Under the pieces are notes generated by a model. That model ran no database searches. It worked only from the letters and a program-made list of their open reading frames with translations, and was not told the origin of the DNA. A DNA stretch of 63,812 bases, counting the filler, from Rhabdomonas costata (Eukaryota), in NCBI GenBank assembly GCA_019059605.1. It is 24 parts of 24 records of this genome, joined end to end, with 100 filler letters (N's around TTAATTAATTAA, not from the genome) between each part and the next. Parts side by side here need not be neighbours in the genome. Positions count along the whole stretch, not along the records: positions 24,110 to 26,663 come from JAHMHO010002886.1; positions 26,764 to 29,322 come from JAHMHO010002887.1; positions 29,423 to 31,969 come from JAHMHO010002888.1; positions 32,070 to 34,622 come from JAHMHO010002889.1; positions 34,723 to 37,276 come from JAHMHO010002890.1; 19 more parts are not named here. One strand, given 5' to 3'. Shown piece by piece: positions 24,110-36,129 of the stretch; within the stretch, counting starts at the first letter, position 1, and every line of letters begins with the position of its first letter. Position numbers and translations under genes: made by a program.

Positions 24110-24346
24110 ACCGCTTGACCAGCGATCGCGGGGGTTGGGCGGTGACAAGCCTGCCAGGGGCCCGGTGCAGCTCCCACAGCCAAGAGGGCGGGGAAGGCAG
24201 TAGCAACCCGGGGCTGCGGAGAGCAGCTGGAGGTGTCTCCGGAATGCGCGGCAGAGGAGCGCTGCTGCTGCTGCTGCTGCTGCCCACGGGCGCCGGAACG
24301 CTTGAAGGGTTTCGTGGTGGAGTAGCGCCATTCTTGGCGGAGAGCT
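24110..24346 (-). CDS. Possible coding exon of an unidentified gene containing a (CAG/GCA)n repeat
   Basis: GC-rich segment after a GCACAG acceptor, open in all three minus-strand frames; the frame cannot be determined. Confidence 0.3.
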
Positions 24347-25284
24347 CTGTGCAACAAGGGAGGCAGAGCTTCGGATCAGGGTAACCAGCAGCTGAAAGGA
24401 GCTCCGAGGCTCATCGGACGAAGCTAGAATGTGCCTTTCAATCATCAATAATCTCTGTAGGCCAGGTGAACCCACCCACGGCCCAAAACCTCTCTTCTCA
24501 GGGCACTGAAGTTCTGCTACCGTATTTACAAGTGGGGGTATATGGACGGTACCAATTACTTTGGGGATAAACACAATCCCTTTTTGCATTTGGGTTTATC
24601 ATCAGCAATGGGACCCTGCCAGCCACCACTCGGGAAACAAGAGATACGGAGAGTTGGTGCAAGGCACCTCCGACGGCGGGAGGGGTCCCGGAAGAAGGGT
24701 GGCCAGGCAGCATGTCCTCTGGGTTCAAAAGACGGACTGGGACAACCCCTCGCGGTCTCGCCGCTCATTCCACCGCAGCGCTCCCATTCCGTTTGATTTC
24801 CACAGAAAGCTGTAAGCGTTGAGCCATGGGAACACAGGCAAAGACTGAAACAAAGGACAAGCGCAGCAAAACCACCAACACCGGGATTGTAATCACTCCC
24901 GAAATGGAGTATCCAAAAAGATCACAGGGCATATGCAACAGTGCGAGTTGACGAGTTGACTTTTCCATCCAGTCTCATCTTACTGGATTTCGACGTCCAA
25001 TCTAACTTTCCGTGCACCCCACATTAATGTTTACGGTCAATAGCTGCAACTCCAGAAGCAGAAAGTCTGAAAGATACTATTCAATGGAAATGGTGGAGAT
25101 GAGTTCCGGTGCACCCCGGTTGGCGGCCAGTTACAGGGAGTAGGTAAACAAACTAAACCGGATCGGGGACAGGGACGGCCTCCCCTTTCACAGCAACACA
25201 TTGCAACGGGTAAAATACATGATCAGGGAAAGTCAAATCCGGTGTCGGTGTTCAAAACCACAAAAGCGTGCACAGCCATTCTCC

Positions 25285-26265
25285 TCAGCGTCGATCTTTG
25301 CTCCAGCGCTCAAGCCCTTCCCTCAGAACAGCCATGCTCATTCCACTGACCACCCGAATCGAAGTCACGCCCATCGCCCCGACCTCCTCAATGTTCCCCT
25401 CTTCGTCGTCAAAAAAGAGCATATCCTGGAAGGGCACCCCAGAGGCCGTGTTCAAGGCCAGAAAGTGGATTGGGACCCCGAGGCGGGGGAAGGATTTGGG
25501 ACCTGCTCAGTGGCTGCATTCATCTGACCGCTTTTAACGTGAAAAGTGAACCTTAAAAAGAAAGCGCTCCTTTTGGCTCCAGAAATTTACCTTCGACCGA
25601 ACTCTCCGAGTCCCAGATGCAGGGCGAGGGATCGCGCCTTGTGTTGGGTTTGGGGGGGGGGCTGTTAAGTGGAGCTTCGCTCCACCATTAAATTTGCCTA
25701 AGAGACGAGAGAGGTAGCACTGCAATATGTACTGGAATGGAGTTCACCGCAAATGATGTCGCGGATAAGCGCGGAGAGGAGCCAACAGCCACCTTATGAG
25801 GCAGCCCCTACCGCCGTTACGAGCTCTTTCGAGCTGCTAAGTGAACGTCTCTGCAGGGTAGCTTTTTTATTGTCGGCAACCATCCTAATCCCTCCGCCCG
25901 ACTGGGTTGGGTTCCCGGCGACTGACCTTGGAGCCCGGATAGATCTGCTCAAAATCCACGCACTCCGTGAGAGTGCGCTTCGCGGGTGCCCGGGAGACCG
26001 TCAGAAGTCCTAAGAGATGCCTTGCCCACTCCGGCTCTTCCGTCCGGGAGGCCACGCCAATCGCCACCCCGCGGGAGCGCAACCACTCGAAGACCTCCGG
26101 GACTTCCCGGTAGAAGGTCATGCTGAACCCCCGGCGGTCCGTGGCTCGGGCCCCGCCGTCGTGGGGAGTGTAGGGCGGAGGCAGGGCATGCGTGTCGATC
26201 CAGAAATCCCAAAGAGTATAGTCAAGGTCAAAGACCACCAGCTTGGGCAGCGAATCTCTCTCCAT
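25285..26265 (-). CDS. MDP1: Magnesium-dependent phosphatase 1 (HAD IIIC), complete, 2 exons (26265-25920 and 25466-25285)
   Basis: PKLVVFDLDYTLW (motif I), VASRT (II), IYPGSK..HF (III) and MLFFDDE (IV); stop TGA at 25287-25285. Confidence 0.92.
25467..25919 (-). other. Putative non-conventional (non-GT-AG) intron, 453 nt, with base-paired termini
   Basis: Removal restores GSK-V-S-H-F, the spacing of MDP1 GSKxxHF. The ends are GCC...TCC (1-nt slide possible). The 5' arm GGGAACCC...CGGGCGGAGGGATTAGGA pairs with the 3' arm TCCCAAATCCTTCCCCCGCCTCGGGGTCCC. Confidence 0.7.
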
Positions 26266-26809
26266 TCAGACGGACAAAAACAGGAAAACACGACAGCGAA
26301 CCTGAAGCGCACAAGAATCCCAGCAGCTTAAAGAGAAAATTTGGGGCGAACACTGCCGAGACGCAAGCCTCAATCCCCAACTTCCGAAGAAAGCCCCGGC
26401 AAACAGGCGCTCATCCCGTGAAATGAACGAGTCACCAAACCCACGAAACTCTGATGCGATGGAAATTGGGGTAACCAGTGGTAACAATTTTTACTATGGG
26501 AGCATATTTCAAAAAGTTGTTAAAGGGTCACAGCCCCAGCCGACCGCTCCGGCCGCGGCCCGGCCTTCGCACCTGAACTCATGCTGCCCTACTCGTCCGC
26601 CCATTATCCCAGCCATTGGCAAGCCCTTAGCCAGCAGTTGTTTTCAGCCGCAAAGCAAAGCATNNNNNNNNNNNNNNNNNNNNNNNNNNNNNNNNNNNNN
26701 NNNNNNNTTAATTAATTAANNNNNNNNNNNNNNNNNNNNNNNNNNNNNNNNNNNNNNNNNNNNTGTGCTGTGTACAAACTATACTCCACGTCTCTGGCAT
26801 AACCCACAG

Positions 26810-27659
26810 TCCACTTCGGTGACTTTGGACGACTTCCTGGAGTACTATGTTGACGTGGGGGCCTGCATTCGTGACGAAGACTTTTTCGAGCTGATGTGTG
26901 TTTCTGGAGCCTTAAAACCCCCTTTTCCTTTCTCCTCTTTCCGTGAAATGTTTTTGCGGTGTTGTCATGTGAGGCACTTTTGGGGCTTTATGTTTCACCG
27001 GAGAGCAATGTTCTCCCCTTCAGGAAGGGCGAATCTTGCGTGGAGTAGGTCCGCTGAAGAGTTTGGCCAGTGAGCCTTTTGTGCAGCCTCTGAAAGCAAG
27101 GGAAAGCTTCATGGATCATGAGAAGAGTTGGATATTCAACATTGGTATCGGCCCCTCCTCATTGTGTGTGGTGGTGCATCTTGTTCTCAGCCACGCATGG
27201 CACTGCAGCAGGACCTTTTGATTTTGACTATGTTTTGCAACCGGCCTTGATCCGAAACTCCCTTTTTGTACCATTGCTACGGTGTATTCGCAGGGTTCGC
27301 AACTGCTGGCACCTCAGCGGAGGCACCGGAATCTCCAAGAACTCCAGCTGCCGGCGCGTGCTGGTAACCCACACTGACGGCTCGCAGACTGTGGAGGAGG
27401 TGCTGTCTTTTGCCAGCTTTTTATTGGAGTATCCTCTTGCAGAGTCATTTCTTCTTTGCTAGGCATTTGCCAAGAAGGGCACTGGCTCTTCACCACGTGG
27501 GAGTATTTTTCCCGTTTCGACATTTTGAAGGTCGTTGTGTTGCCTCTGTCTCAGGTCAAGAACGATCTTCACATCGGACTCCGCGACGATGAGGCTGTGC
27601 GGCAGAACCTTCTCTCCCAGGGCATCAAGGACATCAAGAGAATCCAGCCGTACTCGTAA
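26810..27659 (+). CDS. Calcyphosin-like EF-hand protein, C-terminal 3 exons
   Basis: VTLDDFLEYYVDVGACIRDEDFFELM|VRNCWHLSGG...CRRVLVTHTDGSQTVEE|VKNDL...; GT-AG joins; stop TAA at 27657-27659. Confidence 0.8.
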
Positions 27660-28223
27660 AGAGCGAGCCGCGCTTCCGTGTGGTTTTCCGTGTACTTTTG
27701 TGTGGGTGTTCGTGAGTGGGTTCACGACCCCCGGTTTGGCTATAGAAGGGGGAAAGGTGAGAGAGCAAGAGATCCATTCCCTCACTCTCCGCTTGTGTTT
27801 TTCCGCCCGCTTTTTGCTGTGTGTCTTTCTGTGCATGTTTGTGTCTTGCTGCCTTCCACACAATTGAGGAACACGGTTGATTCTTGTTGTTTGATTTGCA
27901 CGCAGGTACCTCTCTGGTCCGCCCATCAATTTTTTCGACTGAAACCTTGACATCTTTACCCGAAACCCATGTGGCTGTGAATAGTATTGGAACCACCCAA
28001 AGCCACGAGTCGAGAGGGCTTGATTCACCCTGTGCAAGATGATGCACAAAAAAAGCAGATCGTGTAAAAGAGCCGGTGCTGTAAATGTTGTCGCAGTTTA
28101 TGTTCACCGATGCTCGGATGGCAAACGACAGGCCAAAAATGAATCGCAGACCGGGCTAGTAAAAAGCGTCTGTGTGTGTCTTTTGCGCAGCAGCGTGCTC
28201 TTGCTTTTTTGACGTTGTGAAAA

Positions 28224-29297
28224 ATGCGCCCTTGCAGTGTCTTATGGTGGTTTTCGCGGGGTGGCTTGGTGCGCACGAGACCAAGGTCTTCTGCATTTTC
28301 CTCTTCTTCGTCTTGTTCATTGTCTCTGGACTTCCAGCGGGTCCCGTACGGGGGTGTGGAAATAACGGACTCACGCCTGGTTCCTCCGGCTGGGAAGGAA
28401 CGAACTGCCGTGTGCGGGGCGGAGGAGGCTGCAGCAGTTGTGGAGGCTCTGCGCCGTGGCCTACCGCAGTGGAAGATGGAGGGCTACCGCGCAGTGTGGA
28501 TTAAGCTGTGGCTGCCATTTAGCGCGGCGTTGGTTTCTCCGGCACTTGAGGTGCACACATCTGTTGGCGCCTTTGCTTTTCTCACCACTCACCCAAACTG
28601 TGCAAAGACCGCAGTGATATTCGTTGTCAGAATGCCGTGCTTTGCATCTAAAAACAAAGTGCGAATGTACGCATAAGCTGCTTTCCAATTTGAACAACGG
28701 ATCGATCCCCCGGAGCCTGCAGCCGGCACGAGATTTCATCATGATTCTTGTACGGATCGATCGATAGGATTATTGCCATTTTTGTTTCGCTTTACATTTA
28801 ACAGTGATGTGCAGGCGCACGCGAACTTGAGGCAGAATGATCTTTGTCCATATTAGCAAAGGTATGATATGTCCACCCACTCACGCTCTCAGTAAAATGA
28901 CTTCGTGCTGTTTATTTTACTGTTTTAATTATGCATGGGCATTTCATTGTTTGGACTTTTGTTTCAGGTGTCATACTTGTGTCAATAATACCCTGTGGGT
29001 GGACGTTCTCGCAAGTGATGGCTTCTCATCTCTGAGTGAGACGCCTCAGTTTCAGCTTCCACGACACTCTGTATACTCTGTATGGCTTTGACTTCTTTTA
29101 GATGGGTTTCCGACCATTCTACACAACCCGAGACACGCTGACCCTGAACATCTCCCTGCTTCCTAAAGAACAGGACCACCTGCCTCTGGGACCCGTTCAT
29201 CACGTGGGAGTGGCCTGCCTTGCAATCGACTCTGAGGAGAGAGCTGTGGTGATTCGAGAACGGGCAGGCTTTGCAAAAGGCTTTTGGAAACTTCCCG
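28224..29297 (+). CDS. Nudix hydrolase, NUDT6/AtNUDT2-like, N-terminal part, 2 exons
   Basis: PYGGVEI...LPQWKMEGYRAVWIKL...|MGFRPF...HHVGVAC...VVIRE...FWKLPG, which leads into the Nudix box. The R/S-rich N-terminus could be a mitochondrial presequence. Confidence 0.85.
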
Positions 29298-29723
29298 GTG
29301 CACCCACACACCCCGAGGCCTTNNNNNNNNNNNNNNNNNNNNNNNNNNNNNNNNNNNNNNNNNNNNTTAATTAATTAANNNNNNNNNNNNNNNNNNNNNN
29401 NNNNNNNNNNNNNNNNNNNNNNTTTGGGGGGGTGGGTACGATGGAGGGTTGTGTGGGTTGAGTCATGAATGAGTCATGAAACTGGTCCGGTGTGTGTGGG
29501 TCGGAACCGCAGCACGGTGAGAGGGCCCAGATGTTCCTTTTTTTTTTTGCATTCATTTCCTGAAAGAATCTGTGCTAACAGTGTGTTTGTTATGCTTTCT
29601 GTTTTCATGGTCCACACTGCGTATGCAGATTATTTCTAATGACATCTGACATCAGAGGTGCCTCTGGTAGCGGTGCGGTTTTGCGCGTTGGGTGCGGCCA
29701 TCCTTTTCCGCCGCTTTGCTCAG

Positions 29724-29812
29724 ATGCCTGCTACGTGTGCGGTGGTCGTGGCCACAGTGCCCGCGATTGCCCGATGAATTCCAGGCTGCAGATGGCTGCT
29801 AACCTCAGATAA
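29724..29812 (+). CDS. Terminal exon encoding a CCHC zinc knuckle
   Basis: After a polypyrimidine tract and CTCAG: ACYVCGGRGHSARDCPMNSRLQMAANLR*, a CX2CX4HX4C pattern. Confidence 0.75.
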
Positions 29813-32069
29813 CAAAGTGCCTGCCTGTGTCCTAGAGAGAAGCACCGCATGACATTTGAGTCACGGCAGGGCTCCCTGCAAAGCATATGTGGGCATGTGG
29901 CTGGCGTCTTCTTCAGCACTTCCAGCGAAACTACGGCAGCTGTCACCGCAATCTCTCAATGTGCCCGGAGCAACGAGCGCTCTTGCTGAGGCAACCGCTT
30001 CACAGTTCTGAACACTGGACTTGTAGCTTTTCCTTGTCTTCTTTTCTTGTGGGCTGTTTAGATCGACATTGCATGATTCCCTCTGACTCTCATATAAATG
30101 TTTAAGAATATTCGCGAACCAGGGCAAAAATTACGAATTTGTGGGGATCTCTGACACCACAGCCTCAAGTTTGCTTGGATTCGTGGAAGTGTGGGCCCAT
30201 TCTGGTTTTGTGGAAAGGCATCTTGTTATGCATGAATTGTCCGCTCCCGAACGTTTGTGTCGCGTTCCCGGGCCCATTTCTCCTGCTTGCAGCTTTTGTT
30301 GCAAAAGTTTTGCGATCGGAGGTACAACGTTGGCTTGTTCTTGACCCACAGTCCTTTTTCTTGTCTATTTTTGTAGCTTGTGAATTGCTCTTCCCTTTCC
30401 GTGTTCCTGAGGTGCATAAAGTGCAGTAGGCCTATCCCTCTCTCTTCCTCCTCCTCTTTCGCTCGCCCTGATGTCCTCAAAGGTGTGCGTCCGTTACCCT
30501 GTGTTGTTATTGATCGGGGCATGTTCTGGTGCGCTCAGAAAAAGTCGTGCTGAACACATGGTTTTGGACTGTTTCTTTAGACTTGCTTCTGAGCCCAAAG
30601 CACTGAGGATCGGGGTCGTTTGATGAACACGGGGTTGTGGGAAGCAAAGTCAGAAGGCAGATTCTCGATGGAACGTGCTTCTGAAGAATGGCCCCCTCCC
30701 CGCCGACGAAAGCATATAAGCAGGGGACGTTTTATTCAAAGTCTAAACTAGGGCTGTTAGGAACCATTGCCCCCCTGTGGATGAACAAGACCAGAGATAC
30801 AGAAATCCAACTCAAGATCCAAATTCCAGAAAAGAACGTTCACTGAGTGGGCTGCTTTTTCCCTACCATGCATACGTAAACTCATATGCACATACGCACA
30901 CACACAAAGGCCGACCCCCCCCCACCCTTGAAGAGTTGTGAATCCTCAGAACAAATTCCGGCTCAGTGCCTCAACCCACAAACACAAGCAAACACCCTCA
31001 AGGCAGGCAACACTGCGGGCACATGATCAACCACAGGCACACGCAGGCGCTCACTCACACGTCCATTTCCATTCTAAGGCGTGTGAAGGATACCTCGCTG
31101 AGACCTCCATCCCCATATCCAATACGAACACCAGAGTCCGCTGCACACCGGACCTCCTCAAAAAGTGCGTAGAGATTGGAACCCGCTGGGGAGATGCGAG
31201 CAGTCTCCGTATCTCTCTCGAGAGCCGTCCCCTCCCCCTTTCTTTCCTGCGGTGTGTAACTTTCCCGCCCATTACCCACGCCACGGCCTCCGCAGGTCTC
31301 CACGCTGCCCGTGTCGCCTTCCCAGGGCGGCGCGCGGACTCTGTATCCCGTGCTGGCCCCGTTGGCCTCGGCGGACCCCCGCTCCAGCCCCACGGTACTG
31401 TCCCCACCGCGCGTGCTGTCCCCAGGCGGTGGAGGGTACTCCCCTCAGGCGGGCGGGGTCTGCGCCATCAGCCCTCCCCGTTTTGCTGACCCTATGGACC
31501 CTAGTTTTAGAGGTTTTGTACCCAGAGGTACAGCACGAAAAGAAGATTACCATGAAGTCTTTCTCTGGGTTTTGTTTGCTGATTGTTCGGACGTGCACTC
31601 CGTATGTTATGGTATTTTTTCAGGCTGGCTTGGGAGGTTGCTGAATAATGTATGAAGGGCGGAAAGTTTTCCTGACTGTCCCTGTTGTACTGTGCTGCAC
31701 TCCACTGAAAGTCACTGTCACTTCCGTGCCCGTGTTGGGATTGATGAAGTGAACTGAAACTCACCAACTCGCTGGCTGTTTTCCCTTTTTTTTCTTCCAA
31801 ATAGAGGTACTGATCAAACAGCGGCAATGTTCACAGTTCGTACGAAAGGAAAAAAGCAACAATTTTCAGCAGAAGCAGAAATTGTAGGATACAATGAAAA
31901 GGCCAGGGAGGTTTTGCATAACAGCGTGAGGTGCAAAGAAGTCAAGTTAGACGGGAGACCGAGGGAGTGNNNNNNNNNNNNNNNNNNNNNNNNNNNNNNN
32001 NNNNNNNNNNNNNTTAATTAATTAANNNNNNNNNNNNNNNNNNNNNNNNNNNNNNNNNNNNNNNNNNNN

Positions 32070-33513
32070 GGTTGTTGGGCAGAAACAATCGCGGTGGGCT
32101 TCTCCTCATTGGTGAGCACGGTTTCCCCGGCAGCGATGTCTCGCGTGGCGACGAGCCCCAGGCCCCGAGACTCGAGGTATGCCACCTCATACATTGGCTT
32201 CTTAGCGCGCTGGTCCTTCAGTGCACAGGTGATGAGATTTTCCAAAAATCGGCGGTGCGATGTGGTAGGGTCCAAGGAGAGGATCATGTCCGCGGAGCCG
32301 AATGACCCGGGCGGGTAAAAGATGCCACAGTTTGGGTTCATTTCCAGCAGGTAAAGATTTTCTCCGCTGGGATCAGAACGTACGTCGATGCGCCCGAAGC
32401 CTCTTCCGCGCAGCCCCAGAAACACCTTGCTCGCCATCTCGCGCAGACGCGTGTTGAGCGAGGGCTCCTCGACGGGCTGCCACGATATTCCCTCAAAGTC
32501 CTTCCACTTCACATTATAGTGCTTGAAGGACTCACCTGGAGGGAACTTGCACTCCACGGGAACAAAGGTGATGGGGCTCTCCTTGTCGTCTGGGTTCTCG
32601 GCCACCAGAACGGTGAACTCACGCCCTTCAATAAACTCTTCCACAAGGACCTCCCCGAACATATCAATTAATCGCTTCAGCTCCCGCGTCAGTCCAGCGA
32701 CGTCCGTCACGCGCGACTGTTTTGTCAACCCAATGCTGCAAATTAACATGCAAAGACCCCTCCACAAACCCATACGCAGAAACAAACAAACAGGCAGCAG
32801 AACAAAAACAGGACTGGACGGGTTTCGTGAGACACCGAAACCAGCAGTGGCGCCGGTTGCTTCGGGAGAGTCAAAAGAATGACCCCTCCCTACATTCAGA
32901 CGGACCTGCCGAAGCTCTGCGGGTGCTTGACAATCATCGGGAAATTGAGTGCCTTGGCAATCGCTGGCGCATCATCGGAGTTTCGGCAAAAGCGCCATGC
33001 CGGGGTTTTGAGGCTGGCGCTGATGGCCACCTTCTTCATTGCAAGCCGGGTTGGGTCGTAAAATGCCCGGCTTGCCCCGGTGTATGCCACACCCAGGCGC
33101 TCAAGCAAGTCGCCCACTTCTATTCCGCATCGATCCTCGTCCCAAGCTCCGTCGCACAGATTAATGAAGCAATCAAAACCCTCCTGCACACCAGGAAACA
33201 AACAGGTTTGCAGCAAAGCTTCCCCGCAACCACGAAATAAAAAGGGCAGTGCAGACCTTCACCAGGCTCAGGATGGTGGACGTGGCGGTGGCCTTCTTCA
33301 AACTGACGTTCTTCACCTCGTGCTCGGGAAGATATATTTCAGGGGTGCACGAAGGATCCACAGCCTTTGTGAAATAAAACCAATAGACACAGAGAAAAAC
33401 GTCCGAAACAAAGGCTTGCCAGAAACAGAAACAAAGGCAACCAGCAAACTGCCGTCCACGGGAGAGGACTGCAGGACGCAGTATCGCTTGGTCTTGTTCG
33501 GAGGCCCCGCCAT
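32070..33513 (-). CDS. D-Ala-D-Ala-ligase-like ATP-grasp domain fused to a SET domain, 4 exons, 3' partial
   Basis: FINLCDG, LGVAYTG, FPMIVKHP..GSIGL, VLVEEFIEGREFTVLV, GRIDVR and YLLEMNPNCG (ATP-grasp), then SRGLGLVATRDIAAGETVL (SET start). Three GT-AG introns join in phase. Confidence 0.85.
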
Positions 33514-36129
33514 CTGCACATTGCACCCGCAACGGGAAAACAAATACCCAAGAAAAAGCAACCGCTTTTGGAAACCGAGAAGACTCAGTTCACCACCTGT
33601 TCCCGCCTTGGCGTCACGGCCACTCGAGCGATTACGACGCCCGTTCCATCCAAAACATAAAATCATAACACGAGCCCTCGCTTTGACCATCACTTAATTG
33701 GCTTCGCTTCCCAAGGCTCCCCAGTCTCTTCCTGTTCCAGGAGGGGGGGAATATGCAACCGGCCGACCAAAAAAAAGCGATGAAAAATGAAAATGAAAAA
33801 AATGCAAGAAAATGCATTCAAAACTGCAGTTCTAGCCAAAAAATCTGCCCAAATGCCATCTACGGATGGGAGAGCCAACCACACGAACTGCCGAAGAAAT
33901 CACACGTGAACAGGTGATCATGGGGGGCCAGTTGGTTCTCAAACAACCGGACCAGAAGTCATCCACATTCCAGGCCTTGACGATGATAGAAGGACGTCGA
34001 CGACATGCTGGGGTTCAGCGAGGTGGGGTGTTCATACTTCGACTTTCTGTGTCAGTAGTATGGAGCAACGCCTTCAAAGCCTCCGCACTTCGCGGCAGGT
34101 TCAACAAATGAAGCAGCGCCGCCCAAGAGAGCACACTCATCTGCACGAGTGGTTCCTCACTAGCTGGGTCGAGTAAGGTTTGGTATGGCGTAGGAAGGCA
34201 CGGTATAAGAATCGGTGAGGCATGTTCACATTGTCCTGAGCTCCAGCCCACAGTCCGCAACGCGCTCAGCACAACCCTGGCACCTTTTCGGAAAAATGCT
34301 CAGAGGAGTTTTCGCGTGCACACAACTAGGCATGGCCCCTCCCCGTCCGCAGGCCACGGAAAACGAACAGCTGGGGTTGTCTGAAGCCACGAAAACAGTG
34401 GTCAATGCTGTATTCGCATTAAAATCTTCGAGCAGCAATAATATTCGATCAAATTCAAACAAAAAAGTTGTTCGAAAAAGACGTTTTTAACTGTGGCCAG
34501 AAAACTCATTACCGATTTTTTTCAATACCTATGTCCGCATTGAAACCAGAATATACACTGCAGCACAGAAAAATGAAATATGAAACTTTGGCGCGTCACG
34601 GAATCGCAGTAAAAGAGTATGANNNNNNNNNNNNNNNNNNNNNNNNNNNNNNNNNNNNNNNNNNNNTTAATTAATTAANNNNNNNNNNNNNNNNNNNNNN
34701 NNNNNNNNNNNNNNNNNNNNNNTGCGTTTGCTCAACATTTGACGTGAACTGGTCCCAGTGCCTTTGCTCCATTTCTTACGGCAACAGTTGGATTGACGGC
34801 TGAATTTGATTTGCTGGACTCGGGAGCTTGCTGGGCTCGTTCATTAGTGCTGACGTTGTTGGTAAATCAGGATACACATTATTGCATTTTGAAGTCCCAG
34901 ATTCAGATTAATGTCGCGAATTGGAATACCACAACAGTTGTGCACTGTGTTTTCAAGGAAATTATGGGAGTTGCAGGTGACGAGTTTCTAGAGTGTGATC
35001 TTTCCATTGTGTTGGGATATCATTTCCTGCATTAATTCAAACATTTGATTAACTTTGTGAAGAGGATAATGCATATTAGTTTATGAAAGAAACTTAATCG
35101 TGTTCACGTGGTCAAAGCTATCTGTAGTTCAGTATCACCTCTCCTCTCTCCATACTTCGAGATGTGCATAACCAGCAACTAAATGCCATTGATCCCACGC
35201 ACAATCATACAGATCAGAAACGGGATGTGGAGCCTTAGTGAACACCTGAGTCAACACACACGTACTAGGAACACATATGGCTATTCCGGAGAATGTTTCG
35301 GTACCAAAAACGTAAACTCTTCCTGTGAAATGTCTGAGCAGAAGGGCTGTTTTTCTGCCGGTGCACCAACATTGCCGCATGTTTCGACATGGCCAGTGCA
35401 GAAAATGCGATAATTCCCACAGAAATGTTCTCTTTGCCATACCGGATTTTCACGTGCAGTGGTTTGGTCTGGAAGCACCGCATCTCTGCTGGAGCTGGAG
35501 TAATTGATCCCTATTACCTTGCAAATGCGAAGACCAATTCAAGAATGGTAATCGGGTGGCGCAATTGCTGTTTGAGTACACTGCAACACGATGCGTGCGC
35601 GTGGATCCACAACTGCATGGAGTGTGATAAGTGAAGGTTGTTTTGTATCATCCGGAGTTGGTTTGGAATATCAGTCCGCTACTGGTGTTTCAAATCATCC
35701 AACCCCAGAAAAGATCGACTCATAATCCGACTTCACACGGCAATTGCACGTACTACATGGTGCATCTTTCACGTTGGCCGCTCTTTTATTGTAGAGCGCA
35801 TCTTCTTATATTATATTGCTATTGCAAGCAAGCATTTTGTGTAGCTACAGTTGAGGTATCAGCTAGTCTATTGGGAGAGCAAGGCGGCTGCTGAGACTCT
35901 GCATCCTCAGTCAGCACCAAAACCACCCCTGAGATAATCACGCCAAGATTAATGGAGGAGACGGTATCCACAATGCCTGGCCTTCACACTCTGAAAGAGG
36001 TGGAACCTTCAGATCGGGACATGCCTGCGACAACGCCGAAAGGAAAATTGGTAGAGGAAGAAGCTTTATGCGCGCAAAGACGTGTAGAAGCTGATAAAGA
36101 ATCTTAATCCAGCGACCTGTGGCCATCCA

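Noticed and set aside
31424-31470. In-frame TGA in a GC-rich minus-strand segment, suggesting stop-codon recoding
   Set aside because: The reading frame is not established, and TGA is an ordinary stop in MDP1, NIP7 and the alpha-kinase.
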